From contig JBAYJP010000001.1 of assembly GCA_041665025.1 (NCBI GenBank), forward strand, positions 16,207-80,206: DNA of 64,000 nt, in the 5' to 3' direction. Both the position numbers and the translations under genes were made by a program. Below, piece by piece: positions 1 to 10,552 of this stretch (its first letter is position 1; the number at the start of each line of letters is the position of its first letter). The stretch is from Candidatus Magasanikiibacteriota bacterium. GTDB lineage: Bacteria > Patescibacteriota > Patescibacteriia > Magasanikbacterales > UBA922. The notes below the pieces were generated by a model. That model saw only the letters and a program-made list of their open reading frames with translations. It was not told the DNA's origin and ran no database searches.

Positions 1-1
1 G

Positions 2-961
2 GTTAGTATGCCTGCATTTGATAATAATGATTTTTCTGGAGGAATAGATTCGAAAACGTATCAAACATATATTTCTGACCAAAATTTACCTTTGTTTAAT
101 CGTTCGATTGGTGGTACCTATCCATCTGGTTCAGTCATAAAACCTGCAATGGCATCTGCGGCTTTGCAAGAAAAAATTATCACGCCTACGACCTCATTTT
201 TAAGCAATGGCGGATTGAGAATCGGTGCATGGTTTTTTCCTGACTGGCTTGCCGGTGGCCATGGCATGACTAATGTGCGGAAATCGTTGGCATGGTCAGT
301 TAATACTTTTTATTATTATATTGGCGGGGGATACGGAGATTTTGTAGGATTAGGGGTTGAACGTATTGCTGAATATTTAAAGAGATTTGGGTTTTCCGCA
401 AAAACAGGTATTGATATTCCCGGAGAGGTAGAAGGGTTTTTGCCGAGTATGGAGTGGAAAAAGAAGACAAAAGGGGAACAATGGTATGTTGGAGATACAT
501 ATAATTTATCAATTGGACAGGGCGATTTTTTGACGACGCCCTTGCAGATTGCGATGATGACTTCGGTTGTCGCAAATGGTGGCACTTTGTACCAGCCCCG
601 CATGATAAAAGAAATTATAAATCCTGAAACAAATAAAAAGACTGAGGTTGAAACAAAAATTATCCGGTCCGAGGTAGTGGACCCTCTATATTTACAGACA
701 GTACGAGCAGGAATGAATGACTGCGTTATTTTGGGATCTTGTTGGATGCTCCGTAGTTTGCCTTTTTCCTCTGGAGGAAAGACAGGGACAGCCCAGTGGA
801 GCAGTAACAAAGATACCCATGCGTGGTTTACATCTTTTGCCCCTCTTGAGAATGCTCAAATTGTGGTCACTATCCTAGTTGAAGAAGGCGGTGAAGGGAG
901 CCTTACCGCAGAACCCATTGCTGCCGAATTTTATCAATGGTGGTCAACATATAAAAAATAA
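2..961 (+). CDS. Penicillin-binding protein, transpeptidase domain (5' end truncated at window edge)
   Basis: SxxK motif (GSVIKP), KTGTA motif and PBP transpeptidase-like sequence; ORF is open to the window start. Confidence 0.7.
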   Translation, partial: VSMPAFDNNDFSGGIDSKTYQTYISDQNLPLFNRSIGGTYPSGSVIKPAMASAALQEKIITPTTSFLSNGGLRIGAWFFPDWLAGGHGMTNVRKSLAWSVNTFYYYIGGGYGDFVGLGVERIAEYLKRFGFSAKTGIDIPGEVEGFLPSMEWKKKTKGEQWYVGDTYNLSIGQGDFLTTPLQIAMMTSVVANGGTLYQPRMIKEIINPETNKKTEVETKIIRSEVVDPLYLQTVRAGMNDCVILGSCWMLRSLPFSSGGKTGTAQWSSNKDTHAWFTSFAPLENAQIVVTILVEEGGEGSLTAEPIAAEFYQWWSTYKK

Positions 962-1077
962 TGATGGCTGTGGGTATGTGTGGATAAAGCTATTTGACCT
1001 CGCGAGTGCGTGTGTTATACTGTTTTCAACCGCTTCACGCGGGGTTATTTTTTTACTCCAATATAGGATAAAGCACT

Positions 1078-1545
1078 ATGGAAGACGATACACAAATTCA
1101 ATACATGACTCAAGAAAAAATTGACAACCTCAATGAAGAACTTGTTAATTTGAAAAACAATAAGATACCGGCACTTGCAAACAGAATTGATGAAGCCCGG
1201 CAAATGGGTGATTTGTCTGAAAATGCGGAATACCATGCCGCACGCGAAGATATGGCATGGGCGCAAAGCAGAGTTCAGGAAATTCAATATATTCTCGAAA
1301 ATGCTGTGGTTATTACTGACGACCACACGTCTGTGATACAAGTTGGTTCATCTATACGTGTTAGGTCAAATGGTATTGAAAAAGAATATAAAATTGTAGG
1401 TGCACAAGAAGCTGACCCTATTGCGGGAAAGATATCAAACGAGTCACCGCTCGGTAGTTCTTTTTTGGGAAAAAAGAAGGGGGATAAGGTTCAGGTCAAA
1501 TTGCCTTCAGGGATCCAAGAATATAAGATTATTGAAGTAAAATAA
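1078..1545 (+). CDS. greA: Transcription elongation factor GreA
   Basis: N-terminal coiled coil with GDLSENAEY motif, C-terminal FKBP-like domain, ~155 aa. Confidence 0.85.
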   Translation: MEDDTQIQYMTQEKIDNLNEELVNLKNNKIPALANRIDEARQMGDLSENAEYHAAREDMAWAQSRVQEIQYILENAVVITDDHTSVIQVGSSIRVRSNGIEKEYKIVGAQEADPIAGKISNESPLGSSFLGKKKGDKVQVKLPSGIQEYKIIEVK

Positions 1546-1563
1546 GCCAAAATATATTAGACA

Positions 1564-1595
1564 TGCCCCCGTATAGGGGGTATTTGTATTTTTTA
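1564..1595 (+). terminator. Rho-independent terminator after greA
   Basis: CCCCC-gtata-GGGGG hairpin followed by T-run. Confidence 0.6.
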
Positions 1596-1685
1596 CACTA
1601 TTTTGGTACAATAAATAAGCATATTAAGCCATTTTTTGAACATATGTTTTTTTGCTTTATTCTAATTTTTTTATAGAATAAATTT

Positions 1686-3779
1686 ATGGAAAAAGAATCT
1701 ACAAACATCCATGATGAGCGTATTATCCGCATTGAAAAACTCAATGAGCTTAAAGCAATGGATATAAACCCCTATCCAGCACGTTGTAGACGTACACATA
1801 CTCTTGCACAGGCACGGGACATAGGCGAAGGAGAACAGGCTGTGATTGTTGGTCGAATTATGACCAAACGTACCATGGGTAAAATTATTTTCTGTCATCT
1901 CCAAGACGAAAGCGGTCGTCTGCAAGTGGTCATCAAGTCAGATGTCATTGACACAGATAGTTTTACTTTATTTGAAAAAAAAATTGATTCAGCAGATATT
2001 ATTTCAGTTGAAGGAGAACGTTTTACAACTCAAAAAGGTGAGCCATCTATTTTAGCTAAAAAATGGTTTTTGCTCTCCAAGTCTCTCCTTCCATTACCAG
2101 ATAAGTTTCACGGTCTCAGCGACGAAGAAACTCGTTATCGAAAGCGCTATCTTGATTTTTTGGTTAATGTTGAACAGAGAGAAAAAATAGTAGTGAGATC
2201 AAAAATTCTCCGTTTTATACGTACATTTTTGGAAGAAAAGGGATTTGTTGAAGTTGAAACTCCGGTTCTTGAAACTATTGCCTCAGGTGCTATGGCACGC
2301 ACATTTGATACACATCTCAATGCATATGATTTGGATGTCCATTTGCGCATATGCATGGGAGAGCTTTGGCAAAAACGGTTGCTTGTTGGTGGATTTGAAA
2401 AAACATTTGAAATGGGAAGGGCTTTTCGTAACGAGGGTGTAGATCATCAGCACAATCCTGAATTCACTATGCTTGAATATTATTGGGCGTATGCTGATTA
2501 TGAAGATAACATGAAACTACATGAAGAAATGATTCCTTATATTATTGATAAAGCAATTGGAAAATTAGAAGTTGAAGTTGATGGACATCTCATTAATTTT
2601 AAGCCACCTTATCCGCGTGTGACATTTCATGACGCGGTGCTTGAACATTCAGGAATTGATATTGATGCTTATGAAGATCCAAAAGAATTGAGAGAAGTAA
2701 TGGTAAAAAAAGGATATGATCCTGAAAATATTACTGAACGAGGAAAATTATTAGATAATTTATATAAGCAATCAGCTCGTCCAAAGATTATACAACCTAC
2801 ATTTGTTTTGAATTATCCTGTTGAATTAAAACCTCTCGCAAAACTTTCTTTAAATCCGCACTACACGGAGATGTTTCAACTAATTGTGAATGGTTTTGAA
2901 TTGAGTAATTCATATACTGAATTAAATGATCCTCTCGATCAACGTAAGCGTTTTGAAGGCCAGACAAAAAATAAACAGCAAGGTGATGAAGAGGCAATGG
3001 AGAATGACTGGGATTATGTCGAGGCGCTTGAACATGGAATGCCACCGGCAACAGGAACAGGAATTGGTATTGATCGTTTTGCTGCACTCATCACAGGATC
3101 ACATACCTTGCGCGAAGTTACCGCTTTTCCCATCATGAAGCCGGCACCTCAAGAAATAAACAGTAATGAAACAAAACAAGTCAAAAATGATGTCAATGAA
3201 GAGCTTCCTGTGACACGAGACGAAGCATTGAGTCTCATAAAAAAATATACGAAAAAAGAAGCTAATTTAAATCATTACCTTGAATCTGAAGCAGTTATGA
3301 GAGCGTTGGCTCGGCATCTTGGGCGTAATGAAGACTATTGGGGCATGCTCGGGCTTTTGCATGATATCGATTGGGAAATTACTGAACACGACTCAACCCA
3401 ACACCTTACTAAGGCTCCTGATTTATTGCGTGAAATGAAATTTGACGAAGATTTTATTAATATCATTTTGTCGCATGGGTATGGCTTTGAATGTGCAGGC
3501 TTAAAAGATAAAAAAAGGACACAAGAACTAGAACATGCTCTTGCGTGTAGTGAGACAGTGACGGGCCTTATTTATGCGACCGCCCTTATGCGTCCGGAAA
3601 AAATAAATGGTCTTGAAGTTTCTTCGGTAAAGAAAAAATTTAAAGATAAAAAATTTGCAGCCAATGTTTCTCGGGAAGTAATTCTTGAATGTGAAAAAAT
3701 TGGGTTAACACTCGATAATTTTTTACAGATAGCGATCGACGCCATGAAAAAAATTGCTCCAAAAATAGGTTTAATTTAA
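1686..3779 (+). CDS. lysS: Lysyl-tRNA synthetase (class II) fused to a C-terminal HD-domain (YqeK-like) hydrolase module
   Basis: Class II aaRS motifs (FEMGRAFRNEGVDHQHNPEFTMLEYY, GIGIDR). About 190 extra C-terminal residues carry H...LLHDIDW...H...D HD-domain signatures. Confidence 0.85.
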   Translation: MEKESTNIHDERIIRIEKLNELKAMDINPYPARCRRTHTLAQARDIGEGEQAVIVGRIMTKRTMGKIIFCHLQDESGRLQVVIKSDVIDTDSFTLFEKKIDSADIISVEGERFTTQKGEPSILAKKWFLLSKSLLPLPDKFHGLSDEETRYRKRYLDFLVNVEQREKIVVRSKILRFIRTFLEEKGFVEVETPVLETIASGAMARTFDTHLNAYDLDVHLRICMGELWQKRLLVGGFEKTFEMGRAFRNEGVDHQHNPEFTMLEYYWAYADYEDNMKLHEEMIPYIIDKAIGKLEVEVDGHLINFKPPYPRVTFHDAVLEHSGIDIDAYEDPKELREVMVKKGYDPENITERGKLLDNLYKQSARPKIIQPTFVLNYPVELKPLAKLSLNPHYTEMFQLIVNGFELSNSYTELNDPLDQRKRFEGQTKNKQQGDEEAMENDWDYVEALEHGMPPATGTGIGIDRFAALITGSHTLREVTAFPIMKPAPQEINSNETKQVKNDVNEELPVTRDEALSLIKKYTKKEANLNHYLESEAVMRALARHLGRNEDYWGMLGLLHDIDWEITEHDSTQHLTKAPDLLREMKFDEDFINIILSHGYGFECAGLKDKKRTQELEHALACSETVTGLIYATALMRPEKINGLEVSSVKKKFKDKKFAANVSREVILECEKIGLTLDNFLQIAIDAMKKIAPKIGLI

Positions 3780-3863
3780 ATAATTTAATTATTGTTGTAG
3801 CGCACATGTGTGGTAGAAAAAATTTTTCGCCGTCTCATCTGCGTCTCGGATTGCAAAAGACAT

Positions 3864-4283
3864 ATGAAAAAAGTAATGTTATTCGGCACGTTTGATATTG
3901 TACATGCGGGACATATTCATATGTTCAGACAAGCGCGAGAGTATGGTGACTACTTAGTTGTGTCTGTTGCACGCGACATAAATGCAGAAAAAGTAAAAGG
4001 GGAAGCTCCTTTGCATAATGAACAAGAACGTTTGGAGTTTTTAAAACATATTGATTTGATTGACGAGGTAGTTTTGGGGGCTATCGAAGATCCTTATCAT
4101 CATATTAGTATCGTGCGTCCTCATGTCATTGCACTGGGGTATGACCAAAAGACGTATGTAGATAATCTTGCAAATGCATTGACTCAGTATGGTATTGAAG
4201 CTGAAATTGTGAGGCTTCGCCCGTATGAAGAACAGAGGTTTAAAAGTAGCAAATTAAAAAAATACATGGAACGAATCGTCTAA
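3864..4283 (+). CDS. Cytidylyltransferase-family protein (TagD glycerol-3-phosphate cytidylyltransferase / RibL-like)
   Basis: MKKVMLFGTFDIVHAGH nucleotidyltransferase HxGH motif, closely patterned on TagD; an internal ATG is taken as the start. Confidence 0.65.
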   Translation: MKKVMLFGTFDIVHAGHIHMFRQAREYGDYLVVSVARDINAEKVKGEAPLHNEQERLEFLKHIDLIDEVVLGAIEDPYHHISIVRPHVIALGYDQKTYVDNLANALTQYGIEAEIVRLRPYEEQRFKSSKLKKYMERIV

Positions 4284-4284
4284 T

Positions 4285-5319
4285 ATGAAAAAGACTAAAC
4301 TGCTTATTGCAACAACTAATCAGCATAAATTTAAAGAGTTTTCCTACGTGCTTGGTTCATTTCCTTTTGTACAGCTCGTTGGACTAAAAGACTTAAAAAA
4401 GAAGATGATCGAACCAGAAGAGACAGGCAAAACGTTAAGTGAAAATGCATTTATTAAAGCGGAGTACTATGCACAAAAAACCGGTTTAATTACGTTAGCA
4501 GACGATACGGGCATATTTATTGATACACTAGGAGGATGGCCGGGTGTTACCAGTGCTCGGATAGGGTCAACTGATGAAGAACGCCGCGGTATCGTTCTTG
4601 GCAGAATGAAAGGAAAGAAAAATAGAAAAGCTCATTTTAGATGTACTCTGGTATTGTATGATCCTCAATCAGGTACTTCTTTTATCGCACATGGTGAAAA
4701 AGAGGGGAGAGTCACTGAAAAACCTGTAGGAAATAAGTTTACTTTTGATTCAATATTTTTTATACCTGAAAAAAGAAAAACATACGCAGAAATGAATCTG
4801 GATGAAAAAAATGCAATTAGTCATAGAGGCAAAGCATTAACAAAAGTTAAATATTATTTACAGAATCAATATGGTACAAAACATATTGTCGTCCCGTTTG
4901 GCTTGGTGATAAAAAATGGAAAAATTTTACTTCTAAAAAGAAATGATCCTCATCGTCCTGCGTATCATGGTAAGTGGGAATTTCCTGGCGGTAGCGTTGA
5001 GTACGGCGAGGCAATACATGACAACGTAGTGCGTGAAGTTCATGAAGAAACGGGATACAAAGTTCAGGTAGTCAAAATGCTTCAGCATATCGCGACCGAC
5101 AAACAATCATATCCCACATACAAATATCAAGTCTATCTAATTCCACATGTGTGCAAAATTGTTGGGGGAAAAGGTAACCCATCAGATTCCGAAAATCTTG
5201 GTCAAAAATTTGTCGATTTGGATAAAGTATCGACATATGATTTGATTGGGAATGACAAAAAAATGTTTAAAAAGTTTTTGCCGGAGTTGAAAAAGATTGT
5301 CAATTTAAATAAAAAATGA
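4285..5319 (+). CDS. Non-canonical purine NTP pyrophosphatase (Ham1/RdgB) fused to a NUDIX hydrolase domain
   Basis: N-terminal Ham1 pattern (LLIATTNQHKFKEF...). C-terminal Nudix box GGSVEYGEAIHDNVVREVHEETGY. Confidence 0.75.
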   Translation: MKKTKLLIATTNQHKFKEFSYVLGSFPFVQLVGLKDLKKKMIEPEETGKTLSENAFIKAEYYAQKTGLITLADDTGIFIDTLGGWPGVTSARIGSTDEERRGIVLGRMKGKKNRKAHFRCTLVLYDPQSGTSFIAHGEKEGRVTEKPVGNKFTFDSIFFIPEKRKTYAEMNLDEKNAISHRGKALTKVKYYLQNQYGTKHIVVPFGLVIKNGKILLLKRNDPHRPAYHGKWEFPGGSVEYGEAIHDNVVREVHEETGYKVQVVKMLQHIATDKQSYPTYKYQVYLIPHVCKIVGGKGNPSDSENLGQKFVDLDKVSTYDLIGNDKKMFKKFLPELKKIVNLNKK

Positions 5320-5323
5320 GGAT

Positions 5324-5725
5324 ATGAAAAATATAATTTATAAAAAAATTCAAAACTTTCTTTTATGGTTATTAGGATTAATTGATATCGGGAGCCTAAT
5401 AGTATTTATCGATTCACAAAAATTTATAGACAAAACAGAAGTGAAAGAAGTCTGGTTATTATATTTATTAGTATTTGGTGTTCTAATTCCATTTTTGGGT
5501 ATTTGTTTAATAGCTTCATATTTTTTACTGAGAAGTAAACAAAACACAAGGCAAAAATTAGGAAAAAATATCGGGGTGGTAGTTTCTGGCATATATATTG
5601 TTTTTTTAATTTTTGCAATGATTTATTATGAATTAATTGGTTTAACTGTTATTTTGCAAATTTTTGCTTATACAACTCTAATTGTGTTGCTGCTAAAAAA
5701 TAAATTTACTGTTATTAAAAATTAA
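5324..5725 (+). CDS. Hypothetical small polytopic membrane protein
   Basis: Hydrophobic helices, no recognisable motif. Confidence 0.4.
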   Translation: MKNIIYKKIQNFLLWLLGLIDIGSLIVFIDSQKFIDKTEVKEVWLLYLLVFGVLIPFLGICLIASYFLLRSKQNTRQKLGKNIGVVVSGIYIVFLIFAMIYYELIGLTVILQIFAYTTLIVLLLKNKFTVIKN

Positions 5726-5733
5726 TTCTTTAT

Positions 5734-6969
5734 ATGCTTGACATCAAACTTATCCGTGAAAATACAGATGAAGTTAAACAAAATTGTATAAATAGGAATG
5801 TAAAAGTCAATATTGACCAATTGTTACAATTGGACGAAGAGCGTAGAGATTTTCGTCAACAGGTCGATGATTTACGTGCAGAACGAAATAGAAAATCAAA
5901 AGGTAAACCGACAGAAGACGAAATAGTTCGTATGCGCGAAGTGGGGGATAAGATTAAACAACTAGAAGATCGTTTGCTTGAAATTGAAGACGCACACAGC
6001 GCATTACTTTTGCAGGTACCAAATATGACGCACGGGGAATCTCCTATTGGTGGTGAAGAAGATTTTAAAGTGGTAGAAGAGTGCGGGAACATACCTCAAT
6101 TTGATTTTGAGCCTAAGGACCACGAGGAACTCATGCTCGAACATGATTTAATTGATTTTGAAAGAGGCGCGAAGGTGACAGGAAGCAAATTTTATTTTGT
6201 AAAAAATGACATGGTAAGAATGAACCAGGCGCTAATCAACTACGGGCTTGACGTGGTCACTGCACATGGATTTACTATGGTTGAAACACCGGATCTTGCA
6301 AAACATGAAATCCTTCTTGGCGCAGGATTTAATCCGCGAGGAACAGAAAAACAGATTTATAACATTGTTGAGGAAGAATTGAGCTTGGTTGGTACTGCGG
6401 AAATCACCATGCTCGGCTACCACGCAAATGAGGTTTTGGATTTTAGTAATGGATCAAAAAAATATGTTGCCTTGTCACATTGTTTCCGAACCGAAGCGGG
6501 TTCATATGGCCGGACAAGCAAAGGATTGTATCGTGTTCATCAATTTACCAAATTGGAAATGTTTATCTTTTGTAAGCCCGAAGATAGTGAAAAACATCAT
6601 CAAGAACTATTATCCATTGAAAAAGAAATTTGTGACGGGCTTGAACTACCCTATCGTGTCATCGATATTGCGTCGGGTGATTTAGGCGGACCCGCGTATC
6701 GAAAATACGATATCGAAGCTTGGATGGTCATGAACCAAGGATATGGTGAGATTACGAGTACGAGCAACTGCACAGATTATCAGGCACGACGTCTAAATAT
6801 TAGATATAAGAAAGAGGATGGAACTTTGGACTTTGTTCATACACTCAATGGTACTGCGGTAGTACTCAGTCGTTTTCCTATTGCGATTATTGAAAATTAT
6901 CAGCAGAAAGATGGAAGTATAAAAGTACCAGAGGTATTGAAGAAATGGTTGGGAAAAGAAAAAATTTAG
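5734..6969 (+). CDS. serS: Seryl-tRNA synthetase
   Basis: N-terminal coiled-coil arm, class II core motifs, ~410 aa. Confidence 0.9.
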   Translation: MLDIKLIRENTDEVKQNCINRNVKVNIDQLLQLDEERRDFRQQVDDLRAERNRKSKGKPTEDEIVRMREVGDKIKQLEDRLLEIEDAHSALLLQVPNMTHGESPIGGEEDFKVVEECGNIPQFDFEPKDHEELMLEHDLIDFERGAKVTGSKFYFVKNDMVRMNQALINYGLDVVTAHGFTMVETPDLAKHEILLGAGFNPRGTEKQIYNIVEEELSLVGTAEITMLGYHANEVLDFSNGSKKYVALSHCFRTEAGSYGRTSKGLYRVHQFTKLEMFIFCKPEDSEKHHQELLSIEKEICDGLELPYRVIDIASGDLGGPAYRKYDIEAWMVMNQGYGEITSTSNCTDYQARRLNIRYKKEDGTLDFVHTLNGTAVVLSRFPIAIIENYQQKDGSIKVPEVLKKWLGKEKI

Positions 6970-6970
6970 T

Positions 6971-7687
6971 ATGAAAGAAAGCCTGATTATCCTCCCCGGT
7001 TGGGGAGGGACAAAAGAAACATGGCAAAAATTTGTTGATATTGCACAACAAGATTTTGATGTACATGTAATTAATTTACCATGTTTTGGCGACGAACCAT
7101 GCCCAGAGGAAGTGTGGGGAGTAGAGCAATATGCTGACTTTGTAAAAAACAAACTCTCCGAACTCCGAACTCCGAACTCCGAACTAATACTGTTAGGCCA
7201 TAGTTTTGGCGGGGCTGTCGCTCTACAGTGTGCAGTTTCAAATCCAGACATGTTTTCAAAATTGATTCTAAGCGGAGCAGCTATATTTAGACCAGAACGA
7301 ACGATACGTAAAATTTTTTTTAAATCGATCGCTCGAGCAGGTATGTATCTATTCAAACTTCCTTTTCTAGAAAAATTTGATTCATTTGCAAAAAAGTTAT
7401 TATACACAGTTGCACATTCTGATTACAATGAAACATCTGGCATAAAGAGAGACATTTTTAAAAAAATTATTGAACAAGATAGGGGAGAGCTTTTACCTCA
7501 AGTCAACATACCTACTCTCCTTGTCCATGGGACGCTTGATACGTATGTCCCTGTGGCGTATGCACGTAGAGCTACAAAATTAATTCCCGACGCAAAATTA
7601 GAAATAATTGACAGGGGAAAACATGGTTTGCATATCCAACAACCTGAACATTTTTATACAGTTATTAAACAATTTGCTGAAAGTTAG
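6971..7687 (+). CDS. Alpha/beta-fold hydrolase (esterase/lipase family)
   Basis: GHSFGG nucleophile elbow, C-terminal D/H. Contains an in-frame (CTCCGAA)x4 heptamer repeat at 7156-7183. Confidence 0.7.
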   Translation: MKESLIILPGWGGTKETWQKFVDIAQQDFDVHVINLPCFGDEPCPEEVWGVEQYADFVKNKLSELRTPNSELILLGHSFGGAVALQCAVSNPDMFSKLILSGAAIFRPERTIRKIFFKSIARAGMYLFKLPFLEKFDSFAKKLLYTVAHSDYNETSGIKRDIFKKIIEQDRGELLPQVNIPTLLVHGTLDTYVPVAYARRATKLIPDAKLEIIDRGKHGLHIQQPEHFYTVIKQFAES

Positions 7688-7690
7688 TAT

Positions 7691-9292
7691 ATGGTTTCAT
7701 CTCTAAACATCACCATTGCTTTTTTTTGGGTCTTAAGCGCTTTTATAGACTACAGCAATCTTTGTTATGTCTGGCAATTGAAATGGTATCGCGTAGATCG
7801 ATTCAAAGATTTTCTTTCGACGGAACAAGGAAAAAGATTTGCCTTTAGCTATACTATTTTTTGGAGATCAGTAGCAATATTTTTTTTCTTCCTTCTACCT
7901 TTTGACAGCGTTCCCACATTTAAGTGGATACTCCTGTTTTTTTATATCATTGATTTTATCCATACATGTCTTGGTCTGTATAGGAGAAAGATAAAACATC
8001 CTACATTTAGCCTGAAGGCAATACTTATTGTCGCGGTTTCCATGATTGTCGAAGCATCCTGGCTCTTATATTCACGTGATTGGTACGTTTTACTTTTTGC
8101 TTTGATATTACGTTTTTTCATCATAGCTATTGTCGTCTTTGTCTTAAATACACTTACTAACCTTATTAAAAAATATTTCTTTTACAGAGCAGAAAAAAAA
8201 TTAAGACACTTCCCAGGTTTGACTGTTATTGGAATTACCGGGAGCTACGGGAAAACGACCGTAAAAGAATTCTTATATCAGATACTTTCGACAAAATTTA
8301 AGGTAGTACGAACTCCAAAAAACGTAAATAGTGATATTGGTATTAGCCGTTTTATTTTATCTACAGATTTTGAAGGTGTTGATGTTTTTATTGTCGAGAT
8401 AGGTGCGTATGCTCGCGGTGACGTACAGCTTGTGTGCGATATTATTCATCCAAAAATCGGCATCCTTACCGCAATCAATGCTCAGCATCTAAGCTTATTT
8501 GGGTCCCTCAAAAATATTCAGGATACAAAATATGAACTTTTACGATCACTGCCAAGAGACGGTTTAGCCATCACCAATTCGGATAATCCATATTGCATAG
8601 AATATATTCATGAGTTGGATTGCAGAGTTGAAACGTTTGGTACAGAAGAAGAAAACAACCCGACCTGTCTTATTACAGACATTCATACAGGACCGCAAGG
8701 CGTGGGAGGTACCGTAAGGTTTAGAAAAGGTAGCGAAATTATAGAAGGGTCAGTTGAAACACATCTTGTTGGTGAACATAATGCGTTAAATGTTGCACCG
8801 TGTTTGTTAGTTGCATCTTTTTTAGGCATGCATCGTAAAGAAAATATGGAAGCTGTCAGAAATCTTAAAAATCCAGAAAATATGCTCCGTATCTATTCAT
8901 ATGGTAGTACGACGATAATTGATGACAGTTACAATTCAAATCCAGATGGTTTCCGCGCGGCATTATTTATACTTTCAAAATATCCCTCACATCGCCGTAG
9001 AATAGTTGTTACTCGAGGAATGCTTGAACTTGGAGATTTAAGCAATGAACTGCATAGACAAATAGGAGGAGAAATCGCATTTATTGGTGATGAATTAGTT
9101 ATTATTACGCCTGACTTCATAGAGCCATTAACGCAAGGTGTTGGTACAAAATACAATACAGAGATTACCATAAAAACAAATCCTGAAAAGCTTGTTGAAT
9201 ACATGAAGAAGTTTAAATCTACAGATAGTGTAATCTTGTTGGAAAATAGAATTCCTGCTGTGTTTAAAAAAGAGTTAGACCAAAAAATGTAA
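7691..9292 (+). CDS. Mur ligase family protein (MurF-like D-Ala-D-Ala adding enzyme) with N-terminal polytopic membrane domain
   Basis: GITGSYGKTT P-loop and IDDSYNSNP C-terminal Mur ligase motif. The first ~170 aa are TM-rich and replace the usual MurF N-domain. Confidence 0.65.
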   Translation: MVSSLNITIAFFWVLSAFIDYSNLCYVWQLKWYRVDRFKDFLSTEQGKRFAFSYTIFWRSVAIFFFFLLPFDSVPTFKWILLFFYIIDFIHTCLGLYRRKIKHPTFSLKAILIVAVSMIVEASWLLYSRDWYVLLFALILRFFIIAIVVFVLNTLTNLIKKYFFYRAEKKLRHFPGLTVIGITGSYGKTTVKEFLYQILSTKFKVVRTPKNVNSDIGISRFILSTDFEGVDVFIVEIGAYARGDVQLVCDIIHPKIGILTAINAQHLSLFGSLKNIQDTKYELLRSLPRDGLAITNSDNPYCIEYIHELDCRVETFGTEEENNPTCLITDIHTGPQGVGGTVRFRKGSEIIEGSVETHLVGEHNALNVAPCLLVASFLGMHRKENMEAVRNLKNPENMLRIYSYGSTTIIDDSYNSNPDGFRAALFILSKYPSHRRRIVVTRGMLELGDLSNELHRQIGGEIAFIGDELVIITPDFIEPLTQGVGTKYNTEITIKTNPEKLVEYMKKFKSTDSVILLENRIPAVFKKELDQKM

Positions 9293-9322
9293 TCCTGTAA
9301 TTTATCAAGTATAACTAATCCC

Positions 9323-10552
9323 ATGATTTTTACCGGTTTTCAACCTAACGCGACCAAAAAGGATCTGAGTATTGCCCTCTCCTTTTTATTATTACCGTGG
9401 AAATGGTTTCTTTTACGCAAAGGCATAGCTACTTTACAGGTAGAGGAATGGCTACAAAAATATTTTTTAGTTCCGTATGCAGTAACATTTGATAGCGGAC
9501 GCACCGCACTTCAAAAATCTCTTGAGGCGTTAGAGATAGAAAAAGGAGATGAGGTCCTGGTACAGGCTTATACGTGTATGGTAGTAAGTAATGCCATACA
9601 TTTTGCCATGGGCACCCCCGTATATGTAGATATATTGCATGACTATACAATGGATCCAGAAGATTTAAAAAATAAAATTACCTCAAAAAGTAAAGTACTT
9701 ATTATTCAACATACTTTTGGCCAGGCGGCCCATGTAGACAAATTAGTTGCCATTGCACAGGAGCACGGACTCAAGATAATTGAGGATTGTGCTCATTCGT
9801 TGGGAGCTACCTATAAAGGAAAACTTACGGGGACTTTTGGTGATATTGGCATGTTTAGTTTTGGTAGTGATAAAGTGATTTCATGTATACGCGGTGGCGC
9901 TACAATAACATCTGACTCCTCATTGGGTGAAAAATTACAAAAGCTTTCTGACGGGCTTCCTCTGACAAGACGTTTGAAAGTTATCCAGTATTTGATTACT
10001 ATTCCATTTTTCGCCGCTGGGAAGCCTCTATATAAATTTGGCGGAAAGATTTTTCTTGCTGTATGCAAGTATTTAAATGTCACGGGACGCATCATGTACG
10101 AAAAAGAGAAGAGGGGAGAGAGTGTAAAAGGTTATCCCTCAAAATTGCCTCAGGCACTTGCTGTCTTGCTTTTATCTCAATTGGATAGTTTAAAATCTTT
10201 CAATGAACATAGGAAAAGTATTGCGCATATCTTTTTTTCGCATGTTATGCATAAAAAAGTTCTTCCTGAGGATTATCCTGAACATATATTTTTACGGTTT
10301 CCTTTACAAGTTTCTAACATCAAAGAGTTGCACCGTGAGTCAAAAAGACGAGGAATTTTGCTCGGCAATTGGTATGATACCGTGATTGCACCAAAAGATT
10401 GCGATATTTCAAAGTCTGGTTATATTTTGGGGTCATGCCCGAGAGCTGAAAAGATGTCCTCAAATTCAATTAATTTGCCCACAGATATCCACATAACAGA
10501 AAAAGATGCTCTATATATCTCAAATTTTATAAATACGTATGCCCGTTTTTGA
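9323..10552 (+). CDS. DegT/DnrJ/EryC1/StrS-family PLP-dependent sugar aminotransferase
   Basis: FDSGRTAL...GDEV...YTC...VDI pattern typical of the DegT family; start uncertain. Confidence 0.75.
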   Translation: MIFTGFQPNATKKDLSIALSFLLLPWKWFLLRKGIATLQVEEWLQKYFLVPYAVTFDSGRTALQKSLEALEIEKGDEVLVQAYTCMVVSNAIHFAMGTPVYVDILHDYTMDPEDLKNKITSKSKVLIIQHTFGQAAHVDKLVAIAQEHGLKIIEDCAHSLGATYKGKLTGTFGDIGMFSFGSDKVISCIRGGATITSDSSLGEKLQKLSDGLPLTRRLKVIQYLITIPFFAAGKPLYKFGGKIFLAVCKYLNVTGRIMYEKEKRGESVKGYPSKLPQALAVLLLSQLDSLKSFNEHRKSIAHIFFSHVMHKKVLPEDYPEHIFLRFPLQVSNIKELHRESKRRGILLGNWYDTVIAPKDCDISKSGYILGSCPRAEKMSSNSINLPTDIHITEKDALYISNFINTYARF

